DNA of 36,138 bases. Source: Candidatus Aenigmatarchaeota archaeon. Lineage in GTDB: Archaea; Aenigmatarchaeota; Aenigmatarchaeia; Aenigmatarchaeales; JACQIB01. Location: positions 1-36,138 of the forward strand of contig JAWABM010000006.1 of the NCBI GenBank assembly GCA_038999215.1, in the 5' to 3' direction. Shown here in pieces: positions 24,969 to 34,589 of this stretch; within the stretch, counting starts at the first letter, position 1; every line of letters begins with the position of its first letter. The position numbers and the translations under genes are program-made. Under the pieces are notes generated by a model that made no database searches, had not been told where the DNA came from, and worked only from the letters and a program-made list of their open reading frames with translations.

Positions 24969-25414
24969 TGTTCGAGTCGCTAATTGATATGGGGGCAATC
25001 GGCCTTCTCATAGCGACCTTTCTTTCAGCATCAATATTGCCGTACCCAGCCGAGCCCCTGATTGTCGCGGCTGTATCGCTCCTAGGACCGTTCCTGACTT
25101 TTGTCGCATCGTTCATCGGAGGTCTTCTGGGCGCCGTGTCAAACTACTATATCGGGCTGAAAGGCGTGCACAGGCTGGCTGTACGATGGCCGGAGAAGGA
25201 GAAGAAGGCGCAGAGATGGATCCAACAATGGGGCTCGCCGATAATAATAGCGGCCCCATGGATACCCTTCATAGGGGACCCGATGATAATAGCTGTCGGC
25301 ACGCTCCAGATGCCCCTGAAAAGGTTCCTGACTTATGCCGTGATAGGCAGGGCGATAAAGACCGCGGCCCTCGTAATGCTAGGCAACGCCCTGCTTGCGC
25401 TCTTCGCGCCCTAG
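24968..25414 (+). CDS. VTT/DedA (YqaA-like) membrane protein
   Basis: FLSASILP.P.E, GA..NYYIG and W.PFIGDP....G patterns. Confidence 0.85.
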   Translation: MFESLIDMGAIGLLIATFLSASILPYPAEPLIVAAVSLLGPFLTFVASFIGGLLGAVSNYYIGLKGVHRLAVRWPEKEKKAQRWIQQWGSPIIIAAPWIPFIGDPMIIAVGTLQMPLKRFLTYAVIGRAIKTAALVMLGNALLALFAP

Positions 25415-25719
25415 AGCCTCCTGGAATAATCTCTGAGAAATCGCTTTCCTGACGCAAGTTCCGCTCGGCCTTTCTTCGTTATCCTATAGGCGACGCACTT
25501 GCCCCGCCTTTCGGATGTGACGAAGCCGTTCGCTTCGAGCGCGTAGAGCACCTTGTAGGCGGTCACCGTCCCTGTCAGGAGGCCGAACTTTCCCTTGACA
25601 AGATTGCGCAGCTCCCTGCCGTTCATGGCTCTCCTCTTCAGAAGGCTCAGCACTGCCAGCCATAGGTTCTCCAATTCGACCTTCTCTTTCAGCCTTTCGC
25701 ACGGCCTCATGAAAATCAT
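25411..25719 (-). CDS. PadR-family transcriptional regulator
   Basis: LW..VL.LL....NG.EL, Y.VLY.LE..G.V and Y.IT.KG..EL. Start placed at the ATGA overlap (alternative 25710). Confidence 0.85.
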   Translation of the reverse strand: MIFMRPCERLKEKVELENLWLAVLSLLKRRAMNGRELRNLVKGKFGLLTGTVTAYKVLYALEANGFVTSERRGKCVAYRITKKGRAELASGKRFLRDYSRRL

Positions 25720-26234
25720 ATCTTCCTTATCTTGAACGAGGCAATCATAAGAAAGGACGGTATGAGGTAAAGCCACAGCAGCCAATCGAGCGGCAGGCCG
25801 CAATACTCGAGCACGAAATAGGCTATCGGTATGGCTATAGTATAAGTGACCGGCAGGCCCTCATAGCTGTCCACTATCTTTATCACCCCGCTCCTCGCGA
25901 GCCTCATGACGCCGGTTATGACGAACAATATGTAGATCATTATCGCGGCAACGGAGTTCAAGCCTACCGAATACCCGAATATCACGATGGCCATCAGATA
26001 CAGGACCACGTCGCAGAGCAGGTCAAGTATCACCCCGTAATCGCCCTTCCTCTTCATGGCCCTTGCGAACTTGCCGTCCATGGTATCCATCGCCAAAGAA
26101 ACTATTATGAAGACCGTTGCGTGCAGAAAGAACTTTTCCAGCGCAAGAAACACGGCCAGAAGCGCAAAAATTGCTCCGGCTATCGACACCATGTCGGAGC
26201 AATGGGTGTGCCTTCTCATGCTGCTGAAAAACAT
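25716..26234 (-). CDS. CDP-alcohol phosphatidyltransferase (archaetidylserine/inositol synthase family)
   Basis: Signature DTMDGKFAR...G..LD..CD, plus RLAR and EGLP. Confidence 0.88.
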   Translation of the reverse strand: MFFSSMRRHTHCSDMVSIAGAIFALLAVFLALEKFFLHATVFIIVSLAMDTMDGKFARAMKRKGDYGVILDLLCDVVLYLMAIVIFGYSVGLNSVAAIMIYILFVITGVMRLARSGVIKIVDSYEGLPVTYTIAIPIAYFVLEYCGLPLDWLLWLYLIPSFLMIASFKIRKI

Positions 26235-26236
26235 TC

Positions 26237-27469
26237 CTACACCTTTCTGAGAGCTTGGTCGATGTCGCTTATAAGGTCATCGGCGTCCTCTATGCCTATT
26301 GACATCCTTATCATGGTATCGCCTATGCCTGCTTTCCTTCTTTCCTCGGGCCCGAGCTGCTCGTGCGTGGTCGCCGCAGGCTGTATCACTATGGATTTTG
26401 TTGAGCCGAGATGCGTAGTATGGGTGAATATGTCCAACGCATTCACGAATCGTTTCGCGCCCTCTATGTCGCCCTTGATATCGAAGGACATCAGGCCGCC
26501 GACACCTTTCATCTGGGACATGGCGAGCTTGTACTGCGGATGGCTCGGTATGCCCGGGTACCTGACCGTCTCCACTTTCGGGTGCTTCTCAAGGAACTTC
26601 GCAACCTTCACGGCGTTCTCGCAGTGCCTGGCCATCCTCAATGAAAGCGTTTCAAGCCCCATAACGCAAAGCCACGCGTTGAACGGCGAAAGCGATGGCC
26701 CCATGTTCCTGTAAGGAATCCTTCTGACGGTATTGATGAAATCCGTTCCGTCAACATCTCTCCCGCCAATTAGCACCTTCTTTCCTGCGACGAGCACTCC
26801 GCCTATCGCCGAGGCGTTCCCGCTTATGTCCTTTGTGCAGGAATGCACAACGAAATCCGCGCCCAATTTCAACGGGGTCATCAACGCCGGCGTGCAGATC
26901 GTGCTGTCTACGCCGAGCGGCAAACCGTGCTCATGGGCAAGCTTTGCCAAAGCCGGAACATCGGCTATGAAGAGCGCCGGATTGCTCGGCGTCTCGACAA
27001 AAAGCAGCCTGGTCTTGTCGGTTATCTGGCTTTCCCATGAAGAAATGTCCTCCGGATTCGTGGCCCACTTCACCTTTACGCCCATCTTCGCAAATGTGAC
27101 GCGAAGGAGCTCGAACGTGCCTCCGTAGACCCTGTTGGAACATACTATCTCGTCACCGGCCTCGGTGAGCTGATGCATGAGGAGAAATATCGAAGCCATG
27201 CCTGTCGCTGTCCCCAACGAAGCGGCCCCGTCCTCCAGAATGGCCATCCTTTCCTCAAGGACCTCGCAAGTCGGATTGTCTATCCTGCCATAGGTGTTGC
27301 CCTTAACCTGATGTCTGTAGAGCTTTGCGGCGTAATCTGCGCTCTCGTACGGATATACTGCCGTCTGGTGTATCGGAACAACGGCAGAATTGTACTTCAG
27401 CGCCTTCTCCTTGGCATACCCGCCATGGATCTGCGCGGTGTCGAACTTCCACCTCCTTTCCTTCTCCAT
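26237..27469 (-). CDS. Cys/Met metabolism PLP enzyme (trans-sulfuration family)
   Basis: Motifs YGRIDNPT, TGMASI, YGGT, ETPSNP, HSCTK (PLP lysine) and RMSIGIE. Confidence 0.9.
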   Translation of the reverse strand: MEKERRWKFDTAQIHGGYAKEKALKYNSAVVPIHQTAVYPYESADYAAKLYRHQVKGNTYGRIDNPTCEVLEERMAILEDGAASLGTATGMASIFLLMHQLTEAGDEIVCSNRVYGGTFELLRVTFAKMGVKVKWATNPEDISSWESQITDKTRLLFVETPSNPALFIADVPALAKLAHEHGLPLGVDSTICTPALMTPLKLGADFVVHSCTKDISGNASAIGGVLVAGKKVLIGGRDVDGTDFINTVRRIPYRNMGPSLSPFNAWLCVMGLETLSLRMARHCENAVKVAKFLEKHPKVETVRYPGIPSHPQYKLAMSQMKGVGGLMSFDIKGDIEGAKRFVNALDIFTHTTHLGSTKSIVIQPAATTHEQLGPEERRKAGIGDTMIRMSIGIEDADDLISDIDQALRKV

Positions 27470-27523
27470 GTTTTACATCTGTAAAACGTTATATATAAAT
27501 CTATTCCTCGAGCAAGTGGGATA

Positions 27524-28216
27524 ATGAAATTCGACATGCACACCCACACGGTTTACAGCAGGCACTGGTTCTGGGGGGTTGATGCGATAAACACGCCGCA
27601 GGAGATGGTGGACGCCGCAATAGCAAAGGGACTGGGCGGCATCGCAGTTACGGACCACAACTGCGTCAAGGGCAGCCTTGCGGCTGAAAAGTACGCGAAA
27701 AGCCTTGGGAACGACTTCAAGATCATCACAGGCAGCGAGATAAGGAGCGCATCGGGAGACATACTTGCCCTGGGGATAAGGGAGGATGTAAAGCCGGGAA
27801 TGAGCGTGGAGGAAACGGTCGACAGCATAAGGGATCTGGGAGGCATAGCTGTAGCGCCGCATCCTTTCTCGGAGTTCCTTTTCAGGCAATGCGTAGGGAA
27901 AGATGCCCTTAAGGCGGATGCCGTGGAGGCGTTCAATGCCAGCAGCAGCCTGACATTCCAGAACATGAAGGCCGAGGCGTTCGCCGCCAAGCACGGGATG
28001 CCCGTGTGCGCTGGAAGCGATTCGCATTGCACCAGGACCGTAGGGAACGCAGGAATATCGTGCGAAGGCGACCCGATTGAAGACATTCTCGGCAAAAAAG
28101 CGGAGATATTCGGCAAAAGGACAGGCAAGTTGGACATGATATTCCTGATATCCAAGAAGTACGGAAGGTCGATGAAGTGGAGGCTGGTCGGGAAAGATCG
28201 CGGCAAACAGATTTAA
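27524..28216 (+). CDS. PHP-family metal-dependent phosphoesterase
   Basis: Motifs DMHTHT, AVTDHN, G.EI, APHPF and GSDSH. Confidence 0.9.
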   Translation: MKFDMHTHTVYSRHWFWGVDAINTPQEMVDAAIAKGLGGIAVTDHNCVKGSLAAEKYAKSLGNDFKIITGSEIRSASGDILALGIREDVKPGMSVEETVDSIRDLGGIAVAPHPFSEFLFRQCVGKDALKADAVEAFNASSSLTFQNMKAEAFAAKHGMPVCAGSDSHCTRTVGNAGISCEGDPIEDILGKKAEIFGKRTGKLDMIFLISKKYGRSMKWRLVGKDRGKQI

Positions 28217-28248
28217 AGTAAGAACCCGAAAAATGATAAGATGATTCC

Positions 28249-28587
28249 ATGAAGCAGGCAATAGCAGTCAGGACCGACCTCAGGATGGGCAAGGGCAAGC
28301 TGGCCACCCAGGTGGCGCACGCGAGCATAGGCGCCTTCGTGAAAGCCGACGGCAAAGCGAAGGAAAAATGGCTCAGGGAAGGCATGATGAAGATAGTCGT
28401 GAAAGTTTCAAGCGAGAAGGAGCTCGAGGAAGCGCACGAAAAAGCGATGAGGCTCGGGCTTCCCGCTGACCTCGTATCAGACGCGGGCAGGACCCAACTG
28501 GAGCCCGGGACCAAGACGGCGGTCGGAATAGGGCCTGCAGAGGACGGCAAGATAGACCAGATAACCGGCAAGATGAAGCTGCTGTGA
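28249..28587 (+). CDS. pth2: peptidyl-tRNA hydrolase 2
   Basis: Motifs KQ.I.VRTDL.MGKGK.A.QVAHAS, DAGRTQ and GIGP...ID.ITG..KLL. Confidence 0.96.
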   Translation: MKQAIAVRTDLRMGKGKLATQVAHASIGAFVKADGKAKEKWLREGMMKIVVKVSSEKELEEAHEKAMRLGLPADLVSDAGRTQLEPGTKTAVGIGPAEDGKIDQITGKMKLL

Positions 28588-28591
28588 TACC

Positions 28592-29371
28592 ATGCTCCAA
28601 GAATGGCTGTCCGAAAAGTTCGTGGAGCCCCTCTGCAAATACTACACGATCGAGGCAACGATAACATATGCCCTCGTGCTGGCCGCGGTCGTATACGGCG
28701 TTTACATGCTTCTGAAGAAGCTGAAGGTGAAGATAGACAGGAGATTGCTCATAGGCGTGCTGCCTTTCATATTGTTCGGCGGCTGGACAAGGGCGCTGAG
28801 GGACCACGGGCTTTACCAGGGCTGGTGGTGGTGCTCCCCGCCTATATATGTGCTCGTGTTTGCGATCACGCTGGGTTCGCTGCTGGCAGGGCTCCTGCTG
28901 CAGAAAAGGTGCGGACTGGAATACCACAAGGCAATGCTCGCAATAGGCGGCGCCCTCCTGCTGTACGACCTGGCGCTGACGAACATAACCAACCTGGAAG
29001 GCTTCGGGACGATACTGGGGCTCTCGGCAGCATGGGCAGCAGCCATTTTCGGTTTCCACAGGCTCAGGCCGAAGCTGCTGAGCCTTGAGAACGCCGGCAT
29101 AATCTCCGCGCACATGCTTGACGCGAGCAGCACCTTCACGGCGCTCTCTTTCTTCGGATATTACGAGCAGCACGTGCTACCGACTTTTCTGATAAGCATG
29201 GCAGGCCCGTGGGTGATGTTCCCGCTCAAGCTCGTCGTAATAACATCAGTACTGCTCATAATAGACAAGTACGGGGAGGACAGGTTCTTCTGCAACTTCC
29301 TGAAGCTGGCCATACTGATATTGGGGCTTGCGCCCGGCTTCAGGGACCTCATGACGGTGAGCATGATATGA
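28592..29371 (+). CDS. DUF63-family membrane protein
   Basis: Motifs PF...GG..R.L.D, SPPIY, AHMLDASST, Y.EQHVLP and LGLAPG.RD. Confidence 0.88.
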   Translation: MLQEWLSEKFVEPLCKYYTIEATITYALVLAAVVYGVYMLLKKLKVKIDRRLLIGVLPFILFGGWTRALRDHGLYQGWWWCSPPIYVLVFAITLGSLLAGLLLQKRCGLEYHKAMLAIGGALLLYDLALTNITNLEGFGTILGLSAAWAAAIFGFHRLRPKLLSLENAGIISAHMLDASSTFTALSFFGYYEQHVLPTFLISMAGPWVMFPLKLVVITSVLLIIDKYGEDRFFCNFLKLAILILGLAPGFRDLMTVSMI

Positions 29372-30486
29372 AGGGCATAGGCGGAAGGCTTAGGCAAAGG
29401 ATAGAGGACTTCAGGGTAGAGGAGATACCCAAGCCTCTGCCTGAGGGGGAGGAATTCACAATAGCGTGGATGGAGAAGTTCAACTGGGACACGAACAGCG
29501 CCGTGAGGGCGATAGCGAAGCGCCTGCACATCAGCTCCAAGAGGATAGGGGTGGCGGGGACAAAGGACAAGAGGGCGGTGACAAAGCAGAGGATATCTTT
29601 CTGGAACGTGCCGAAGGAGCGGATTGAAAACCTGAAAATAAGAGGCATCAAGCTTTCAGACTTCGGGAAGTCCGGCAGGAGGATAAAAGTAGGGGACCTC
29701 GAGGGGAACAGGTTCGTTATAACCATAAGGGACGTGAAACTGAGCGAGGAGGAGATAAGAGCTAGACTTGGAAGGGTGTTCGCGGCGCTTGAGAAAGGAA
29801 TACCCAACTTTTTCGGGCCGCAGAGGTTCGGGGAGGTCAGGCCGACAACGCACCTGGTGGGAAGGGAGATGCTCAAAGGAAATTTCGAGGAGGCCGCCAA
29901 GATATACCTGACAATGGTCTTCGAGAGGGAACCGGATGACGCGAAGGCCGCCAGGAAACTGCTTGCAGAGAACTGGGGATCTAAGGAGGGATACCTGAAA
30001 GCGCTCAGGATATTCCCGATGAGGCTCAAATATGAAAGGTCCATGCTTGATTATCTTGCGAAGTTCCCGAACGACTTCGGAGGGGCCATAAGGAGGATGC
30101 CATTAAGGATGAGGAAGATGATGATAAACGCTTTCCAGTCCTTCATATTCAACCAGGTCGCGAAGGAGGGCATGGACACCGTAAAGCTCCCTGGATATGA
30201 CACGAAGCTCGGCAAAGGCGCGTCCGACCAGAAGATAAAGAAAATACTGGAGAAAGAAGGCGTGAAAATACAGGACTTCAGGATGCTCGGAATGCCGGAG
30301 CTGGCCTGCACAGGCAGCGAAAGGAAGGTCATGCTGGTCCCAAAGGACCTGAAGATAGAAGAAATCGCAGATGACGATTTCAACGATAGCAAGAAGAAGG
30401 TCACTATATCCTTTTCTCTGCCTTCTGGAGCCTATGCAACAGTGGTGCTGAATAAAGTGATGGGGGAACAGAAATCCGGGCGTTGA
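29368..30486 (+). CDS. truD: tRNA pseudouridine(13) synthase TruD/Pus7
   Basis: Motifs EDFRVEE, AGTKDKRAVTKQ, GDLEGNRF, PNFFGPQRFG, AFQSFIFN and F.LPSGAYAT. Start at an ATGA overlap. Confidence 0.95.
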   Translation: MKGIGGRLRQRIEDFRVEEIPKPLPEGEEFTIAWMEKFNWDTNSAVRAIAKRLHISSKRIGVAGTKDKRAVTKQRISFWNVPKERIENLKIRGIKLSDFGKSGRRIKVGDLEGNRFVITIRDVKLSEEEIRARLGRVFAALEKGIPNFFGPQRFGEVRPTTHLVGREMLKGNFEEAAKIYLTMVFEREPDDAKAARKLLAENWGSKEGYLKALRIFPMRLKYERSMLDYLAKFPNDFGGAIRRMPLRMRKMMINAFQSFIFNQVAKEGMDTVKLPGYDTKLGKGASDQKIKKILEKEGVKIQDFRMLGMPELACTGSERKVMLVPKDLKIEEIADDDFNDSKKKVTISFSLPSGAYATVVLNKVMGEQKSGR

Positions 30487-31489
30487 GAAGCTTCTCCGCC
30501 TCCTCAAACATGATTTTGTAGGGATTCTCGAACTTCCCTATTATCTTGCCGTTCGATTCCCTCTCGCCCTTCATCAGCGCATCGATGCTCCATTTCAGCG
30601 CCTGCCCGGTGTCGAGCGTGAACCTCATCAGGCCCTTTTCTATCATGAACCTGTCCACAGCCGGCAGCTCGTCCGGGTATATGGAGATGGTAGGGCAGCC
30701 GGAGAGCGCAGCCTCCCTGTTCATGCAGCAGCCTGCGCCGAGCATGAGGTTGGCGTACCAATAAAGGCTCTGGATATCGACCTCGTTGCCCGGTATTATG
30801 ACATCGAGCTTGGAGAACTGGACTGCGTCCACGGTGTTCCTCGGCACGAACACGACCTGGGCGTCGATGCTGTCGACGAGCTCGGCGAGTATCATGTAGA
30901 GCTTGCTCTTGCGGAAGACATGGGATGAAAGGAAGGGCTCGGGCCTTGTTATGACTATCGGCTTCCTTTCCGAAAGCTTCAGTTGCTTCAGCACATGTTT
31001 TGAGGGCCTGAAGCCTATGAAATGGGTGTAATCGGAAACCCCGAAAAACTGCCTCAGCTTTCTTGGTCCGAACTGGGCCAAATATCCGGGCGAAACGAAT
31101 GACGGCGTTATAGTAACATCCGAAAGCGGTATCATCAGCCTGTTCTGTATGAGGGCGCTGTCATGATCGATGACGTTCACGCAAGGTATGCCCAGCCCGT
31201 AGCAGACCCTCGAGCCTTCGATGCCGTGCTTGAAGAAACCTATGTCAGGCTTCTCCTTCTCCACGATCCTGGCCAGCTCCACGATCCTTTGCGATCCGGC
31301 CACGAGCTTGCCCATTCTGCCCCTGCCGCCGTGCCTGCCGACAAGCGTGTAGTCTATGCCGTACCTATTGAGCGATTCTTTTATCGGTCCGAAATCGCGC
31401 GCCGTAACTACCACGTCGTCCATCTTCTGCATCAGAGCCCTGAAGAACGACGCGTGCGGCGGAGCCGTCAGGTCTATCCATATCTTCAT
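30404..31489 (-). CDS. DUF354-family GT-B-like protein
   Basis: Motifs MKIWID...PPH..FF, TARD, GRHGG and MNREAAL.G.PTIS.YP. Confidence 0.85.
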   Translation of the reverse strand: MKIWIDLTAPPHASFFRALMQKMDDVVVTARDFGPIKESLNRYGIDYTLVGRHGGRGRMGKLVAGSQRIVELARIVEKEKPDIGFFKHGIEGSRVCYGLGIPCVNVIDHDSALIQNRLMIPLSDVTITPSFVSPGYLAQFGPRKLRQFFGVSDYTHFIGFRPSKHVLKQLKLSERKPIVITRPEPFLSSHVFRKSKLYMILAELVDSIDAQVVFVPRNTVDAVQFSKLDVIIPGNEVDIQSLYWYANLMLGAGCCMNREAALSGCPTISIYPDELPAVDRFMIEKGLMRFTLDTGQALKWSIDALMKGERESNGKIIGKFENPYKIMFEEAEKLLNARISVPPSLYSAPLLHRLQKAEKRI

Positions 31490-32409
31490 ACCATCACCAT
31501 CAATGTGGCCATCCCTATAACCACCTCAATAAGCCATAAAACGCTTACTGTGCGCCTCTCCGTCATGGGCCTTATCCTCAATGCGAGCCTTATCACGGAA
31601 AGGAAATCGTCGCGCGGCTGCAGTATGCCGTTCCTCAGCACGCGCGTCGGCTTCTTCTCATGGCTGCTGAAATAGCCTGCAGAACATCCTTTGAGCAGAC
31701 AATCCAGTATGTGGAGGCTCAGCAGCGGCACTAGGACGTACCACAGGCCGTAAAGGAGCGCCAATGAGGAGAAGAAACCGCCCATCAGCATCGTCCCCAC
31801 GTCTCCGGGGAATATCCTTGCAGGGTACCTGTTGTACGCCAGGAAAGCGAGGAGAATGAGGAACATCGATGCCGAAAGCATGGAAGGCGTTTGCAGGCCC
31901 ATGGCAAGCGCTGCTACCGAAAGGAAGGCCGCCACTATGGCGGATGAGCCCATTTCAAGGCCGTTCAGCCCGGCGAAAATGTTGAATATGTTCGTTGCCG
32001 CAACAAGGAAAAGCAGCGCCAGCACGAAATAAGCTCCCGTAAGGCCGGAAAGCCAGGCCCCTGCAAAGGCTATTGGGAGCGATATCAGCAGCTTCCGGTA
32101 CTTGCCTAACCTGAACATGTCGTCGACAAGACCGTAGATTGAGAACGACGTGGCTAGCAGAGCCACATAAGCTATCCTCAAATCCCCTAACAAAAAGTAT
32201 GCCGCCAAAAGCAGCAATGAAGACGCGACTAGCAGGATGATGCCTCCTGATTCCGCCACCTTCGGCCTGTCAAGCTTGTGCACATCGATGCCGCACACGC
32301 CCTTTTTCTTCATGAACCTTATGAAGCCCGGCAGCGCGAGGTAAACGGCAGCCGACAGCCCGAAGGCTAATGCGAGTAGCATCTGCATAGCACTGAACTG
32401 CTCAAACAT
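31486..32409 (-). CDS. polyprenyl-phosphate N-acetylhexosamine-1-phosphate transferase (GPT/AglH-like)
   Basis: Motifs G.DVHK...P.VAE.GG, GLVDD, N..N..AGLNGLE and N.YPA.IFPGDVGT. Confidence 0.88.
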   Translation of the reverse strand: MFEQFSAMQMLLALAFGLSAAVYLALPGFIRFMKKKGVCGIDVHKLDRPKVAESGGIILLVASSLLLLAAYFLLGDLRIAYVALLATSFSIYGLVDDMFRLGKYRKLLISLPIAFAGAWLSGLTGAYFVLALLFLVAATNIFNIFAGLNGLEMGSSAIVAAFLSVAALAMGLQTPSMLSASMFLILLAFLAYNRYPARIFPGDVGTMLMGGFFSSLALLYGLWYVLVPLLSLHILDCLLKGCSAGYFSSHEKKPTRVLRNGILQPRDDFLSVIRLALRIRPMTERRTVSVLWLIEVVIGMATLMVMV

Positions 32410-32472
32410 ACCAAATCTTATCAGAAAAAGAGCCTATATATGTAACCGTTGAAATTGTTGTGAAACGTTTCA

Positions 32473-33411
32473 CTATTCTACCTTCATCCTAGGCTCGACC
32501 ACATAGGTCCTCTTGGCCTTCTTCCTCTCTATTATCCCCCTTTCCTCAAGATTCTGCACCAGCCTGGAGACCTTGGGTTTCGAGAAGCCTGTAATTGCCG
32601 GCAGCTCGTTCTGATTGAGCGGCTTCTTTCTTATCGCATACATTATCTTCTTCTCCTCGCTGGTCAGTATCTGGGACGGCAATCTCCCCCTTGTCAACAG
32701 GACGACAGCGACGATCGCAACGCCTATCAGGGCGAAAGGCAACAGATTGAACTGCGCTCCTGAAACGCTCCCTACGTCCGCAGACGCCGAGCTCATCTGC
32801 TCGACCTCTATGCCGAGGCCATCGCCGACAGGCCCGAAAGCGTAGGCCTTCCTTGCACCTATCCTAGCGATTGCGGTCCTGGTCTCATCCGGCACATTTC
32901 CGCCGGAAGTGAAAAGCACAGGCATGCTGTTCTTCATTGCGAAGCGCTGCGCCGTAAGAAGGCTGTCATAACTGCTTCCTTCCACGAGCACTATGTAATC
33001 GCTCTTGCCCCAGAGCTCTATAGCGACCCTGCCGGCAGTGCCTTCCCTGTTCCAGTCCCAGAGCCTTGTTACACTGAATCCCATATTGGTCAGCTCGTCC
33101 TCAACATTCACTGATATGGCGTCCTTTCCTCCGACCAGCAGCAAATTCTTGTATCCTGAGGAGACATAGCCCCGCATCTCGCTTTTAACATTCTCAGGTA
33201 TCTCATCAGGGTTGACCAGCACGATAGGTATGTCCTTGTAGTTTCCGTAGACCGATGCGACAACATACTCGGTCGGTATGTCGGCCCTGACGACTATCAG
33301 GTCATATGAATCCGCCGCCAGCGCAGGAGCACCTAAGAAGAACAGAACGAAAATGGCGCAAATTACCTTGACCTTAAGCCCTTCCACAACATCAACCCTA
33401 GGACTGCACAC
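32473..33411 (-). CDS. membrane protein with an extracellular cell-wall-binding-2-like region and a C-terminal winged HTH (start uncertain)
   Basis: Signal peptide (PALA/AD), then PIVLV...LLVGG..AIS..VE..L...G..V.RL...R..TA, a second repeat PVLFT, a TM helix and Q.EL...TGFSK.KVSRLV..LEERG.IER. Confidence 0.8.
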   Translation of the reverse strand: MCSPRVDVVEGLKVKVICAIFVLFFLGAPALAADSYDLIVVRADIPTEYVVASVYGNYKDIPIVLVNPDEIPENVKSEMRGYVSSGYKNLLLVGGKDAISVNVEDELTNMGFSVTRLWDWNREGTAGRVAIELWGKSDYIVLVEGSSYDSLLTAQRFAMKNSMPVLFTSGGNVPDETRTAIARIGARKAYAFGPVGDGLGIEVEQMSSASADVGSVSGAQFNLLPFALIGVAIVAVVLLTRGRLPSQILTSEEKKIMYAIRKKPLNQNELPAITGFSKPKVSRLVQNLEERGIIERKKAKRTYVVEPRMKVE

Positions 33412-34589
33412 GATACCGCGGCCGAAATCAGCACGGCATCGATTGCCCCCACATACTTTAGCTGCGGCACCAAATAAAAGTTTAACGCAAGGGCCAAGCA
33501 GAGGAACACCGCAGAGGCCGCAGCGGCATACCTCTGCATACAGATGGCGCTCGCGAAGAAGCTGAGGACGGAGAGAATGCCGAGCAATGCGTACGCCATG
33601 GCCATAGGCGCCAGGAATGATACCACGGGAAGATATGCTGGGTTGAGCAGACCCACAAAGGGCGCTGCTGCAAGCAAGAGGATGGCAGTATAGAGCAGAT
33701 AAAGCATTGAAACGTACTTCAATGTCTTTTTAATGCCCGACCACAGGAGTGAAACGTTTCCATGGCTCCTGCTCGCAACAGGCAGAAGGGCGTTTGCATA
33801 CGAGGCCGCTATTATAAGATAGCCTATGCAGAGCGAGGCGCCAAGGTCATATATGCCCGTTTCCATTGTAGTATAGAAGCCCGTGAGGAAGAACCTGTCA
33901 AGGCCCATTCCGAATGTCCTCAAAGCTTCTGAAAGGAATATGGGAAAAGAATAAGCCAGCAACATCCTATAGCTGGACACGACCTCTTTCAGGGAAGGGA
34001 ACATCCCAATGCGGACCTCCTTTCTGAGGATGAAAACCGCATCAAGCAGCATGTGCCCGAGAAGGAACGCCATGTAAGGAGGATAAGCCACTCCCATGAC
34101 AAAGAAGGCGATGAGCAGCAGCATCTTCAACAATGAAAGGAACATCTCCGAATAGGTCGACGCCTTCATCCTGTAGAGCCCCCTGAAGTAGAACACGGTC
34201 ATGTTGTAGAAGACCGCGAATGGAAGGACCGCAGCTAGCAGCAGCAGTATGGGGGCATCGCCGAGCCCTATCAAGCCCGATGTCTGATTCGAGAACACCA
34301 CAAGAATTCCCGAAATGAGCAGCGAAAGCAGGGTCGAACCGAAAAGCGCGGACGCATAAAGCTTCTCCTTCATGGCCCTTTTTTCCGAAACAAACTTCGC
34401 AAGGCCTATCGTCGTGTTGAAGGTCGCTATCAGGAGCATCCAATTGAACATTATGAGATAAAGGGCCAGCTTGCCGTACTCGGCAGGCGGCAGCTGGTTG
34501 ACGGCGATGAACTTGAACACCGTGGCCCCCAGCTTCGAGAAGGCGAAGCCTGCGAGAAGTATCAATCCGGCCTTCTTGATGGAATCCAT
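33363..34589 (-). CDS. oligosaccharide flippase (Wzx-like)
   Basis: About 12 TM segments, with L.PAEYG, D.F.L......G.Y and LVP...VGA patterns. Confidence 0.85.
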   Translation of the reverse strand: MDSIKKAGLILLAGFAFSKLGATVFKFIAVNQLPPAEYGKLALYLIMFNWMLLIATFNTTIGLAKFVSEKRAMKEKLYASALFGSTLLSLLISGILVVFSNQTSGLIGLGDAPILLLLAAVLPFAVFYNMTVFYFRGLYRMKASTYSEMFLSLLKMLLLIAFFVMGVAYPPYMAFLLGHMLLDAVFILRKEVRIGMFPSLKEVVSSYRMLLAYSFPIFLSEALRTFGMGLDRFFLTGFYTTMETGIYDLGASLCIGYLIIAASYANALLPVASRSHGNVSLLWSGIKKTLKYVSMLYLLYTAILLLAAAPFVGLLNPAYLPVVSFLAPMAMAYALLGILSVLSFFASAICMQRYAAAASAVFLCLALALNFYLVPQLKYVGAIDAVLISAAVSCAVLGLMLWKGLRSR

